Of a stretch of 36,163 bases of DNA, positions 11,607 through 23,400 are shown piece after piece. The notes under the pieces are model-generated. The model worked only from the letters and a program-made list of their open reading frames with translations, was not told the DNA's origin and did not search any database. The stretch comes from Ramazzottius varieornatus. Taxonomy: Eukaryota > Animalia > Tardigrada. The first letter of the stretch is position 1. Every line of letters begins with the position of its first letter. The DNA is taken from the NCBI GenBank assembly GCA_001949185.1, contig BDGG01000005.1, forward strand, positions 3,250,464-3,286,626, read 5' to 3'. A program made the position numbers and the translations under genes.

Positions 11607-12134
11607 CTTACACAGAAGTCCGTGTTGCAAATGTGGCGAAGGTGTTTTCGAAAATTTTCAAAGACGGCTGCTCAGAATCACCATAGATCGATTGTAAAAT
11701 TCCACCAATTAAAGCCAAGAACTTTGGACCACAAGACTTACCATGTAGGGCGTCGCAAGCTAAGAGCTAATTGTAGGTAAACGAAACGTGGACTCTCTTT
11801 TGCCAAAATGCTTACACCAGATCGGAACTCAGGAGGCCATTAGTACGAATAATGTACAGTAGCAGGTGGACGCAGAGGCCCAGTTGACTAAAAGGCAGTT
11901 TAGAGCAGAGTACATAATGAGATTTGAAACTTGAAAGCACTTGAGGTTATGTAGAGCCAGAAGCGGAGATCGTCCAGCTCCCCGTTAGACAAGCACCCAA
12001 ACACCTCGCGTGCTCACGTGTGAGCAAAACCGAAGGGGAACAAATATTTTCCGAGTAAAGGACTTTGGAAACAGAATCCAGTAAACGAACAGGGATAACA
12101 GCTTGGGGTACAGCGAACATGCAGAACAGAACGG

Positions 12135-12718
12135 TTACAGACCAAATATCCCTCGGGTCTGCCAGTTTCTAATTATCTCCCCCATCCGCGCGCTCGCATC
12201 CACCTCATTTCGGACACAGACAAACTCGCGAGGGAGTGTTGGTAAGCATTTGAAGCCGGGGTCGCATCGAACTCTCTGAAACAAAATGGAGTTTTACCAC
12301 TTATTACACTACTTCAAGATGCAGTGACCCACTTAACTTAAAACTTCTGACAGAGACCTAACACTTCCAGACAATTTGCAAAATTCAAGCACGGTACTAA
12401 CCTTGCACGGGTTTCGCTCATTCATCATTGGGAAATCGGGATGGTTGGATCTGCCTTCACGTTCAACCGAGCGCATTTTATATCCGGGCCACCCTTGCGG
12501 CGCCCTGTTCGTGTGAGGTGCTGCAACCAGTAACATACGTCCATTTACTGTACATCCAATAAATAAAAATGTCATACCACCAAAGGCAAGTGGTAGCAGC
12601 TTTTTGCAACTCGATTCCAAAGTAAGAACTTACTAAAGCATTCGGCCAGGTTCAGCAGAAGAAGAAAGGCAAACAAAAACGAGAAGATATGTAATATGAG
12701 GAGCGAAGGCTGCTGCAT
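12135..12718 (-). CDS. Secreted 123-aa protein with follistatin-N-terminal (FOLN)-like Cys motif; exons 12718-12634, 12547-12402, 12275-12135
   Basis: AAAATG start, hydrophobic signal peptide, donors GTAAGT and GTTAGT, acceptors TACAG and TTTCAG with matching phases; spliced product contains NPCKRVRCDPGFKCLPTLPREFVCV. Confidence 0.8.
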
Positions 12719-13373
12719 TTTAACGGCAAGATGTGGGAAGTTGGGTTGCCGTCAGAAACAGAACCGAATGTGTATGGAAACCGAATCTTCGATCAGATCT
12801 TATATTCAGGCTACCGACGGAAGCCATCTTCACACATAGCCTTGAGGATGTTCTTCTTTTGCCGTGGTTCGTCACATCACGCTGGATTTTTGGGCAATAG
12901 GTGCATGTTGTCGCAGCATCCATTGTTCGACCGGGCAGCACACCGTCTTGTTTGAACAACATCAAAGCCATCGGTACTATTTAGCAAATGTCAGGTAGAT
13001 CTGTGGACATCAGTCAATGTTACTGAACTGTGAGAACATTGGCAAATCGAGGCAATCATCGTTGTGCTTTATTGAAATCTGTCAACGAAAGCACGCTGCG
13101 TCGCGCTGAAGCATGAATGTCCCGACACGAGGCGAACGTTTTACCTACATTTAATAATAGACCGTTCATAAATGTAGGGTGGCAGCAAGATTCATGTACG
13201 ACCATCATTTAGCACTTTCTTTCACCGTCGAAGTTTCATTCTCGTGGAAGTCAGAATGACTTCAGCGAAGAAATTCAAGAAATGAGGCTAGGAAACACAC
13301 TCCACTAGATCCCTTCCCACCTGCCGCACGTGTTTAGCTGTTCTTGTTGAAACCATGCGTCACTTCAAAAAAA

Positions 13374-13510
13374 GATCTGGTCGAGTTCCAAGTGCCGCAA
13401 GTCTCCACTAATTTTGGCTAAGAATGTGCGCCACTTGGAAAACTCGAACAACCTATTTTCCAACTGGCAAACATTGCAATTGGCTGAGAGCATGCGCTAC
13501 TTGGGAAATC
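13374..13510. repeat. GTGGCGCACG foldback family, copy A (3' of CEP131)
   Basis: CCAAGTGCCGCAAG ... TGTGCGCCACTTGGAAAACTCG ... TGCGCTACTTGGG. Confidence 0.75.
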
Positions 13511-13687
13511 AAGGATCTAGTTTGTATGCCGAACACTTAGATGGTGAATACGGCCCAGTACAAAACAAAAGCGTGAAAATGAGTGTAGGCTTCATGAAAA
13601 ACCTGAACAAGAGTCATGCGAAAAGCTTTACTCGCAGTAAACGGACGGAAAGGAACAGCACGAGAAAAGTGAAAATTCATCAATTCT

Positions 13688-16600
13688 CTATTTTTTGACA
13701 GCCGCTTTAGTGGGATCGGGCCAATGAACGCTGGTGCGCGGCGCCGGCTTGGCAGAAATGGCGCGGCGTTTCGAAGCGTCGACACTGGCCTTTGTTGCGG
13801 GGATGATTGGTGAAGCCAGCTTCTTACCGTGCAGCTGAACCAGTTCGGCGCGCAGCATCTCAATCTTGACGTCTTTCTTTTGTAGCATATCTCGTACACT
13901 GTAAGGTAACAACATTTTAACCGTATTATTGTCGAAACAGCCCAAAGCAACTTTTACCGCTCGTTGATGGCATCCAGCGCAGCGTCGTTGTCCCGCTTCA
14001 GAAACTCAATCTGCTCGTTCAGTTTGGATGTATCTTTTTCATATCGACTTTCGATGTCATTCAGCTCACGGCGTAGCTTTTGGTTGAGCAGGTCCATGTC
14101 CATCAGTTTCGTGGAGTATTCTTGCCGGAAAACTTCGGAGACCCGATCGCGCTCCGCCTCCAAACAGGAGACCGTCTACCGAAGTAAAGCACGAGTCGTA
14201 CCGGTCACTTGCCTAATGTACCGCGAGTAGAAATAGGCTTCGAGAACCCCAACCTTAGTACTAGTTTTCGTGCTGTTTTTTTACTCATTACAACATAATT
14301 ATATCCGATCCGGCCGAGGCCAAAATTTGGTCAGTTTTCTACGGTTTCCTTTCTGGATGTGGAATTGTCTTGCAGTATTATGACATCGACCGTGTCTGAA
14401 CAGCCGTAATGTATTTTTTATCAGAAACAAAACTTACTCTTTCGGCTTCCTGAAGTCTGCGTTCGAGATCGTGTTGGATCGTCCTTTGGTTCTCATCCAG
14501 TTCGCGTTGAACTCGGGCCTGTTCTTTCACCTCCTGACTAGCTCTCTTCCACACATCCAGGGCCGTGTTTAGTTCGTCGATTTCCTGTTGGTACCTCTGT
14601 TGAAGCCTTGTGACGCGAACTTCACTGCTTTTCTCCAGGTTCATCTGGAGGGTCGCCAGCTCATCCGACATGGCACTCATAGCTTGAGCGAGCTCGTGAT
14701 CTCGCTTGGCCCGGATGCCGCTGGTCTCCTTTTCCAGCCTCCTTTTGTAAACCAAGTCCTAAATTCATTACGGTAATTAATTCCCTTAAAAACATGGAAA
14801 GCAAGCCTATATGCTCGCTGTGCGGTACCTGTTCGTTCTCGTACTCTTCCTTCCATAAAACAAATCGATGTTCGGTTTCCAACTTTAGTTTCTTTTGCTC
14901 AGTCTAAAACTCCAGAACAGATTTCGTAAAGCAAGCCCGAAAAACGAAATTGGTGACATCTAAGAATGACCGAGTGGGTCAGAACACTCTACAGTAGTAA
15001 TGGTATACCAGTCAGTGAACCTTGTGATTAGCTTCCATCTCCGCCCGCTCATTTGCCGCGCGTTGTCTTTCTTCGTTGATTGCCTCCATTCTCATTTCTT
15101 CACCTTCCCGCCTGATCCTCGCTATCTCTTCGTGCTGACATCTAAGTCGTTCCTCAAACGTCTCACGATTGACTCGCGCTTCTTCTTCGCGACGAGCCAC
15201 GTCAATACGGAAGTTCCTCTCACAGTCCGCTAGCTTTTCTGTGTACCTTCAGCAAAACACCGTGATGACACTTGGCGGATCGACTTCTCAATAAATAGAG
15301 GGAACAGACTCACAGTTGTTCAGCCAGGTTCCGCTCTTGACTTCGGACATCGTTTATTCTCTGCGCAACAGCTTCCTCGATACCTCTCAGTTTCTCTGCG
15401 TAGGTCTGCTCCGCCCTGGCATCCGACTCTTTCAGTAAGAGCTCGAACTCGTCCTGCATTTTTTGCGATTCTTCCCTGTGCACGTCCAGTACGTGTTGGA
15501 TTTCTGGCTCCATGCCTGCAAAAATCAACAGCACCATTTAGCTGCATCGAAGAAATACGTTCTGTACTCAATTCCGCAATTCTATCATAACACTGTATCC
15601 CATCGAAAGTTCTGCGCAGTCACACGACAGGCACGTAAAATAGACCTCGGGTGATCGTAGTTCAGTCAGGAAGTCTCCGGGATTATTTTGTGGGTCTGGC
15701 CATCATGTGAATGCGCAGAATTGTCGAGGAAATACAGTATTATTAATTTTATGCTCGGTGCTATACTCATAAGCCAAACTGGAAAGTCAACTGCAACCAA
15801 CACTTTTTTTCCTATTAAACTTTTTACTTTTCAAAGTGTTCTCCTTGATTTCTTGTGCTCGTTGTTGTATCCATTTCTGTCGCCGTAGCTTTTCTGCCGC
15901 TGCCCACTGAGTTTTCGATCTTGTCATCTCTTCCTGGTTCCTGTGGAATGAATAAAACCCGGCTCTTCCCTTGTATCCTTCGAACAACGTGCTCTGTGTT
16001 TTACCGCTTTTCCTGGTCCGCCAGCTTTTGTTCGTACTTCGTAACCGCTTGTCTCATCTCGCTGGCAAGGCTCTCGCACCGTTCCTCCAGAGCCTTTTTG
16101 GCTTCCACCATCTCCGTATGGAGTGTTATCTGGTGGCGTAATTTTGCTTCGTAGGTCTCTTTTTGCTGCTTCAGCTTTCTCCTGGAGAAATCTTCGGCTG
16201 CTTGGACACATTTAGTTGACTTTTCCGTTTCTCTATTCTGTGAACAAACGCGGAAGAAAGATAGTGAATAGCAGATCAAATTCTCACCAAGTCTATGTAC
16301 GGACTCTGTGGATCAGCGCCTTAAATGGCATTGAAACAGACAGAAACATTAAGAGTAGCTGTTTTTACTGATCAAACCAACCGCGGCTTTTGCAGTGAAA
16401 GCTCAGTCGCCCTTATGCTCGCGAAACGTAAACCATAAATAATTGTTCCTGTGCAGTGTCAAATTTCCTTCGCCCACGCTTACCAGTTGGAGCCTTAAGC
16501 TCAAAATTAGTGCTTCCTGGTCATCCAGGAAGTTCGTGTTTTGAACAGGACTGGTCTCCGTCTCGTGCATTGCCCCACCATTCTGACTCGGAACTGCCGC

Positions 16601-17084
16601 CAACATATTCAGTCCAGCTTTGGCCATGTTAGCCTTTGCCCCATTCCTCAGAAGTTTGTTTTTGACGTCATCGCTCAAAGCTTCGTTCTCGCTGTCCAGG
16701 TACGCCATAATAGACCTGACAAAACCGACCGAATACTAGAAGCTATTCGTCCGGCAAAATCAACTCCGTCCGGCAAGCATTTGAATAATGTAACAATATT
16801 AAATTATTTCCCACTCACTGTAATTTTTCCGTCTGTAAGCGCGCACATGACACCGATCTTCCTTTGTTCCGAGGTGAGGCAATCGGAAAGCGCGTGGCTA
16901 TGAGCGAATCGTCCAAAGTTCCTTCCTTTTCCACCGTGAAATTTTCCATCTTCACCATGCTCTTTGTGAATGATGGTTTTACTATATTGTTTTGAAACAT
17001 CTTTGTGGTTATATTCTGCACAAACTTGCTGTCACCTGTGCCGAACTTCTCACGCAAGCCTGGATTACTCGAATGATGTGCCAT
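13688..17084 (-). CDS. CEP131: Centrosomal protein CEP131 (AZI1/dilatory)-like coiled-coil protein, ~698 aa; exons 17084-16819, 16715-16484, 16237-16005, 15940-15828, 15515-15314, 15246-15021, 14903-14829, 14758-14438, 14175-13958, 13898-13688
   Basis: Motif AEKLRRQKWIQQRAQEIKENTLKSMEPEIQ resembles the CEP131 hallmark EKxRREKWxxEKTKKIKExTVxGLEPEIQ; also KKALEERCE and KRDHEL. All nine introns are GT-AG with consistent phases; the true start is uncertain. Confidence 0.8.
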
Positions 17085-17435
17085 GACATTCCGAAAGTCA
17101 ACATTAAAATCAAGTAGTGACAGAAAACCACGTTCTTCACCGCCCAAATTTCCTTTGACTGAATATCAAACCTAAACAAAGCCGACTCTAATTTCGGAGA
17201 ATGACAGCAGCGTACATTCGAATTTATCCTCCACACAACAATAAAACAAAGATACCAACTGTTAAAATTCAAAGCATCGAGTTCGAAGACAATGGTGTTG
17301 CCTAGGAAGGCGCTGTCTTTCGTAAAATGCCGAGACGCCTCTTCGTTGTCCTCGTCCTGAAATAAGACGGCATAAAGTATGGAAAAAAGTCGTAAAAGAC
17401 CAGAGCGGCGCATACCGTAAAGATCTTTGTTTACC

Positions 17436-20400
17436 TCAATGCATTTCATTCTTCCATAGTTCCGGGTCTCCAATCGCCTTTTCTAGTGTCAATTTGGTTC
17501 TAGCACACTGCGCTTCCACCATGTCATCATCTTCGGCCGACAGTTCCACCAAGAAAGTCACCGCTTCCGGCAAAAGGTTGCCGTACGCCTCTCCCAGGTT
17601 CTCCGCCAATGCTTCGATGGTCTTCAAGGCTGCTACCCGTACTTCCGCTTCGTCATTCCTCGTCTTCAAACACACCTTCAGACACAAAAAATCGATGAGA
17701 ACACGAATCAAAGCCAGAGCCACACGAGGCAACAAATCTGGAACATTTCATGCACCTGCGAAGCCACACATCGTGACAAATATCATGGCGCACGGTATGT
17801 TGGTGCATGAAACTATGGGTGTACTCCACTGGAAAATGCGCTCAAAGCACATGCGGGTACACCTCATGCACCCACATACCACCCCACTACAATTAATACA
17901 TATAACTATTGTATGTAGGTGCATGTCACACAATACATTCGAAGAAGACCAAACGGCAATTGAGTGCATAGGCCTCATGCACCTACACGCACCATCACGG
18001 GCTATTCAACTCCGGACATGTAACACGTATGCCGGTGACGGTTTCTGTCGCTTACCTGATAGTGCAGTGGTTTCCACAGACTGTCGTCGTTCAGACACGC
18101 CACGAACGCCACCACAGTGGGTATTAGATGTTCCATTCTCCTTCTATAACTCCCGCTCTCATCAAAGTTTTCCAGTTGATCCACCAGCGGTTGCATCAGC
18201 AGATCAAACTGATCCGAATTGAAGTACCCTCCACTATCATACTTGAAAAACTTGCCCAGGACATCAAAGATACTAATCAACAATTCATCGTTGACATTCT
18301 CACTCTTGTTCATTAAGGAGACACTGTGAGAAATGACAGTGGCCGCGAAGATGGTGAAGAGGTGCTTGAGTGCTTCGGTCAGCTTGTTAACGGCTTGGTA
18401 GAACGTCAGCAGGCGAGCTGTGTTGGCAGCGTCTTGGGTCGCCCACTGGTACATCTTCATGAAGAGACTCCTGAAGTTGCCTTCTGGCATTCGAAGGGCG
18501 AGGATGGTCAAGGCTTCCATCGCTTCAGACTGAATCAAGGCAGTCTTTTCGAAGAGACCGAAAAGCATCTCGACCATTTCCCGCTGAAGAGCGAGAACGT
18601 CGGCGGTCTTGGCTTTCCTCAGGTTGTCGTTGAAGATTCCGAAAATCTGCCAGAAAAGCCGAGCTCCATAATTTCAACTGTCCATTTTACTGTCGTGTTT
18701 TGGAACTCGGCAAACAAACTCGACCAAGATCGTTCCAAAGTGGCGCTCGTAGATCGGAGCACGCGCGACTTGGATAACTCCACAAGACCACATTCCTCCG
18801 TGGCGCACGTTTTCGGTGTAACAAGCTAAAAGCGTGCGCCATTCAGAAACGCGATCCAGTCGAGTTTGTTTACTAAAGTTAGGCTCCATTTAATGCATTT
18901 TAGTGGTACCAAATTTTTGCTTATTTGCGGCATGATGCTTTTCCTCTTCTGGGAATTTTCTACGATTTTGGCCGACATCCAGGAGGGATAACTCAGTCAT
19001 TTGATAGTTCGAGTTTACCGTGATTTCTTCCTGCAGTTCCTTGTTGGCCGCGAACGCTCCACACATGACTCTAAACGGCACAGTCTCCGTCAGGACATTC
19101 CTGATTTTCGCCACTTTCACCGCGAACGTGTCCTTCACCGTGCTCTTCACACTGGCATTCCCACACGCAGCCACCACATTCAGTATCTTGGCCAGGTATG
19201 GACTGATGAAAGATGCCAAGAAGCTCACGACCACTTCCAGCGCCTCGATGGCCGCCAGGACCGCCACCGACTCCGCATACCTCTTCGAGAGGATGTCCTG
19301 GATCTGGTCCAGCAAGGTCGGAAGGAAAGTGGGCAGCCGAGACAAGACTGCCGTCTTGACGCTGACTATCACTGCAGTTAGACAGTTCAATGCTTCCGAA
19401 CGAACGTTAATGTCTTCGCTGTCAAGAAGACTGACGGATTGGGTGAGAATACTTGTCCATACTTGGGCGGAATGCGTTCCCAGAATAGCTACAATACATC
19501 CCATGAATCAACTAGTGCAGACAACTCGGAAACTGAAACAGGAAGTGGAAGCTCGGAAAACTTGACCAGATCGTCTACAAAAGTGGCGCACGTTAGTATT
19601 GATGTAAGCTGGAAGCGCGCGCCGAGTGGGAAACGCCAGTCTCCAAATGGCGCACGTTATCATGGTTATCGGAAGCAAACGTGCACCACTTGGAAAAACG
19701 ATCTGGTCGATTTGGTTAGACGAGCTCCGAAATGATGCCCGGTCCAAACGAAGCAATATTTCCTGTCCCCTTTACGCATCCTCAGGACGCAGAGAAGTGT
19801 GCACAGGTAAACGGGTTAATAATTTCACGGCCGACTTACCGGCCAACTTCCTCAGGCAGAACAAGCATCCCTGCAAGATGCTCGCGTTCTCCGGCACGCT
19901 CACATCTTTATGTTTCTTCGCCAAGCCAACCAGCGTCTCAACCAGCGGAAGCAGCCTCGGCTTGTCCCCTTCAGCGAAGGCTTCTCTGAAGCCCAAGGAT
20001 CCCCCCAGTTCCTCCAGCGCAGTCTTCAACGCGACCGGCGGGGCTTCCTTCAGCAGGTTCAGCATGACTGGGACGAAAGCTGACCATGGAAGCTGGCTCA
20101 GAATTTCTGTGACAGCTACGGAAGACCGGCTCAGAAGGTCCGTCCATATGGCCGTCTCGGAATTCCTCACCTTACTGCAAGAAAATAAATTAAATAAATG
20201 GAAAACTGTGAAATGGATCAAAGGATCATAAGCAGGCAAACTCGACATCATCGATTGTTTTTTGCAAGTGACGCAAGCTTTCTGCCAATTTGACTGAAAA
20301 CGTGCGCCGCTTGGAAAGAGATTTTGTCAGTCGCGCAAGCTTGTAGCCTGTGACAACTATAATGTTTGTCACTTCGGAAAATATCACTGTCGAGTTTTCA

Positions 20401-23400
20401 AAGTGGCGCACGCTGAAAGCCCGTAACAGTGAAAACGTGCGCCCTCTGAGAACGAAGTCTGGTCGAATACCTTGCAGTTCGTGCGCGACTTTGGATGTCG
20501 AGCAGGGTTGACAGCAGCTGTTCTAATGCCTTGTCGGGTTTCTGCGTCTCTTGATTGGCCAGGCTGGGAACTTGGTAGCCGATGAACGTGACCACGGCCG
20601 TGGTGAGGGAGATTAGTTGAATCGTGGTGAAGTCCGCACTGACGAGGGGTGTCTCGAAGGTGACGTTACTCGTTTTCTTCCTCTTGGGCTGGCTCGCTTC
20701 TCCGGGTTTCGATAAAGCCAGAACGAACCAGATGCACTCTGTGGCTTGCTGGAGGTTCGCGATCTACAAGGAAGAGAAGCAATTTAGTTTGAGTAGCAGT
20801 AGTGATTCGACAGTAGTGATTTTGCGAAGTTTCGTAATGGAGTTTGATGATCATTTGTTCCGCTGAGATATCGTTCAGAAACCCCCTGAGTGTTACTACC
20901 GTGTCCAGCTGCGTGACCCAAACTCAATTCGCAATGAAGTTCCTTCCATTCAAGGGTACACTCGAGAATATTTCATCTGACAAAGCTTCTTTTTCGGGGC
21001 CTAGTGCGAGTTTGGAATTTTTCGTGTCGCATCCCACCATTTTCCCGAGAATGTTTGTTGACATTCTAAATCACTCTGCATATCGGCCTTTCTTCTCTCA
21101 TTTCACCAGCACTACACTTTCTCGCGCTCTCAAACTGTCCACCTCCGCAGTACAATGACTAGTGCTGGCGGGAATAATCTTTCAGACGACCTCCAACGCA
21201 TTAACGGGTTTCCCACTTCACAAAAACAGACACACTGTTCGCATTCCGGTCAATCCAGACTTCGACCATTCCTTACTTTTTTTCCCAACAATTTTTGCTG
21301 TCATTGGTAGAGTGCTTTTTCGCCGTTCCTTTCGTCTTACCACTTTTCTACGGTTTATTTCCTCGTTAGTTTATTCTTTCATCAACTTTGGCGGCCCTTA
21401 TGGGATATTTCAACATTCCCCACAGCTTATGGCAACATCAATTTCGGCTGCATGTGTTATTCCACATAACGACTGTTTATTGATTCTAACAGTCTTCCTC
21501 TTCCAAACAGACGCTCCTTATGGTCATTCCATTATTCACCTTACGTAACAACTGTACACTTTGCACTACAACGTACAGTCAGAATTTTCCGCACTTCTAA
21601 ATTACTCGCGTTCTATGAGAAGTGGGTATTTACGACACACATCAACCCATCAACAAGTTATAAAAAGCACACATGTGATGTTGCCAGTGAAGGAAGAATT
21701 CAAATCGCCAAACTTAGGCGAACTCTCTTAGGGACATTCCGCAGCTGTGTCTGCTTTTCCAACGCGCCATCATTCAATTACCGACAAACAACGCCAACGT
21801 CGTTACATTCATCATACGCAAACACTGACCGAGAAAGATCTAGAACCAAGAAGAAAGAGCCGATAGGAAAGAAGAGCGGTTAGTGTGCTTTTCATGGGGA
21901 AGCACCCGCCTCCGCACTTTGCCCGCAATTATAGGGATCCCACAGTTCCACTATAAGAAGTGTCAAGCTCAACGACGTCGATGCCAATCTCTGCACAGTC
22001 GAAATTTTTTTCCGCGTTCGAAACTGCCCAAAGCTCAGTCCCCTGCGAAGAGACCTACCGTCTGATCGTTCCTAGGTTTTCTCTTTCACCAAGTCAGTCG
22101 ACAAAATGGATCTCGGAGTCAAGCCGGAAGTCAAAACACCCCCGAAACCCGAAAAGGTAAACTCTAATTCGCAATTATTCTTTTCTCAAAATTTTTGGTC
22201 TGGGCCTGCTGAAACGTAACTTCGTTCTTACAAAAGACGGTGCAAAAAGTATTGAAGAAGGATCTCAGAAATTTCAAGCCATCTCAAATCCCTTTTGTGT
22301 GACACCAACCTTCCGACTGCCAGTCGCTATGTTGATCATTTTCCTGCGATCTTTGCATGAGTCCGATATTTGACTTGTTACAGAAGAAGACCGATGACGA
22401 CGAAGAAGAAGAGGAAGAACCCAACCTGTTCAACATGACCGACGCCGAAAGAAGGAAGTCTCTCCGGACGGACGCCGACGACAAGGCCTACCAAGACTTC
22501 CTCAAGTCCTGCGGCGAAAAGCACGAAGTAAACTAAACCTTCCTCCCAACCATCCCTGTTTCTTATTTCTCTTACCTATCCTGTCCTACCCTGCACCCAC
22601 CCTACACCCTGTTGTTTTCTCCGCATGCAACTTTAGGCCAACTGAAGATCGACAAACAACACATGCCGCGTCTCTCAACCAGCACGAACTTGGCATGAAG
22701 ACCCTTATGACTCTTATGCCAGCTTGTTGATCCCTTCCTGACCCGATACACTGTACAGATCTAGAGTACACAAGTCATATGATACAGTTCACTATCTCCA
22801 CTTTCGGATACATGACAGTACGTCTTCCTCTTGTCGTTCGAACCTACCCGACCAACTCGCGACTCCTTTCTGACCTTCCTACCCCTTGCTTCTTTTCACA
22901 ACTTCTCTATTCTTCTACCAGTACAACGAAGCCGAATAATACTCGCAATAAACTATTTCCGATTCTACTATCCAAAAAACAACTCCGAATATCTGCTCAC
23001 CGGCGCGGCCCTTTGTGTCCTTCTGGGAGCTCGGTCAGGTTGTTCTAGCAAGTGGCGCACATTTTCAGTAATATTCGTGAGCTTGCGCCACTTGGAAAAG
23101 CAATCTTGTCGAGTCTGTTTGCCTTGGTCCCGATTTTAAGATAGTTCAATCGTCAACTGACCTCATGCCAACCAAGCGAGGCCCACCGTTCAAAGCGACA
23201 TGGACTTTCCAGACAACACAATTTTCTACGATTGGTTTGGTAACCTTATAAATTTATCAGGCTCAAAGGACCTATCGTAACTGGAACTTACTTGTACTGT
23301 GACGTCGAGGCCTTCGAAGAGCTGCTCCAAGAACTCACACAGCACCGGGTAGGACTTTCGCTTGACAGGGTTGTTGTCGTCGATGGACAAGCCTTTGAAG

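Noticed and set aside
20233-20470. Introner hypothesis (repeat elements creating the HEATR1 introns)
   Set aside because: Only copy D abuts a splice donor; the other copies sit tens to hundreds of nt inside introns and one lies outside any intron.
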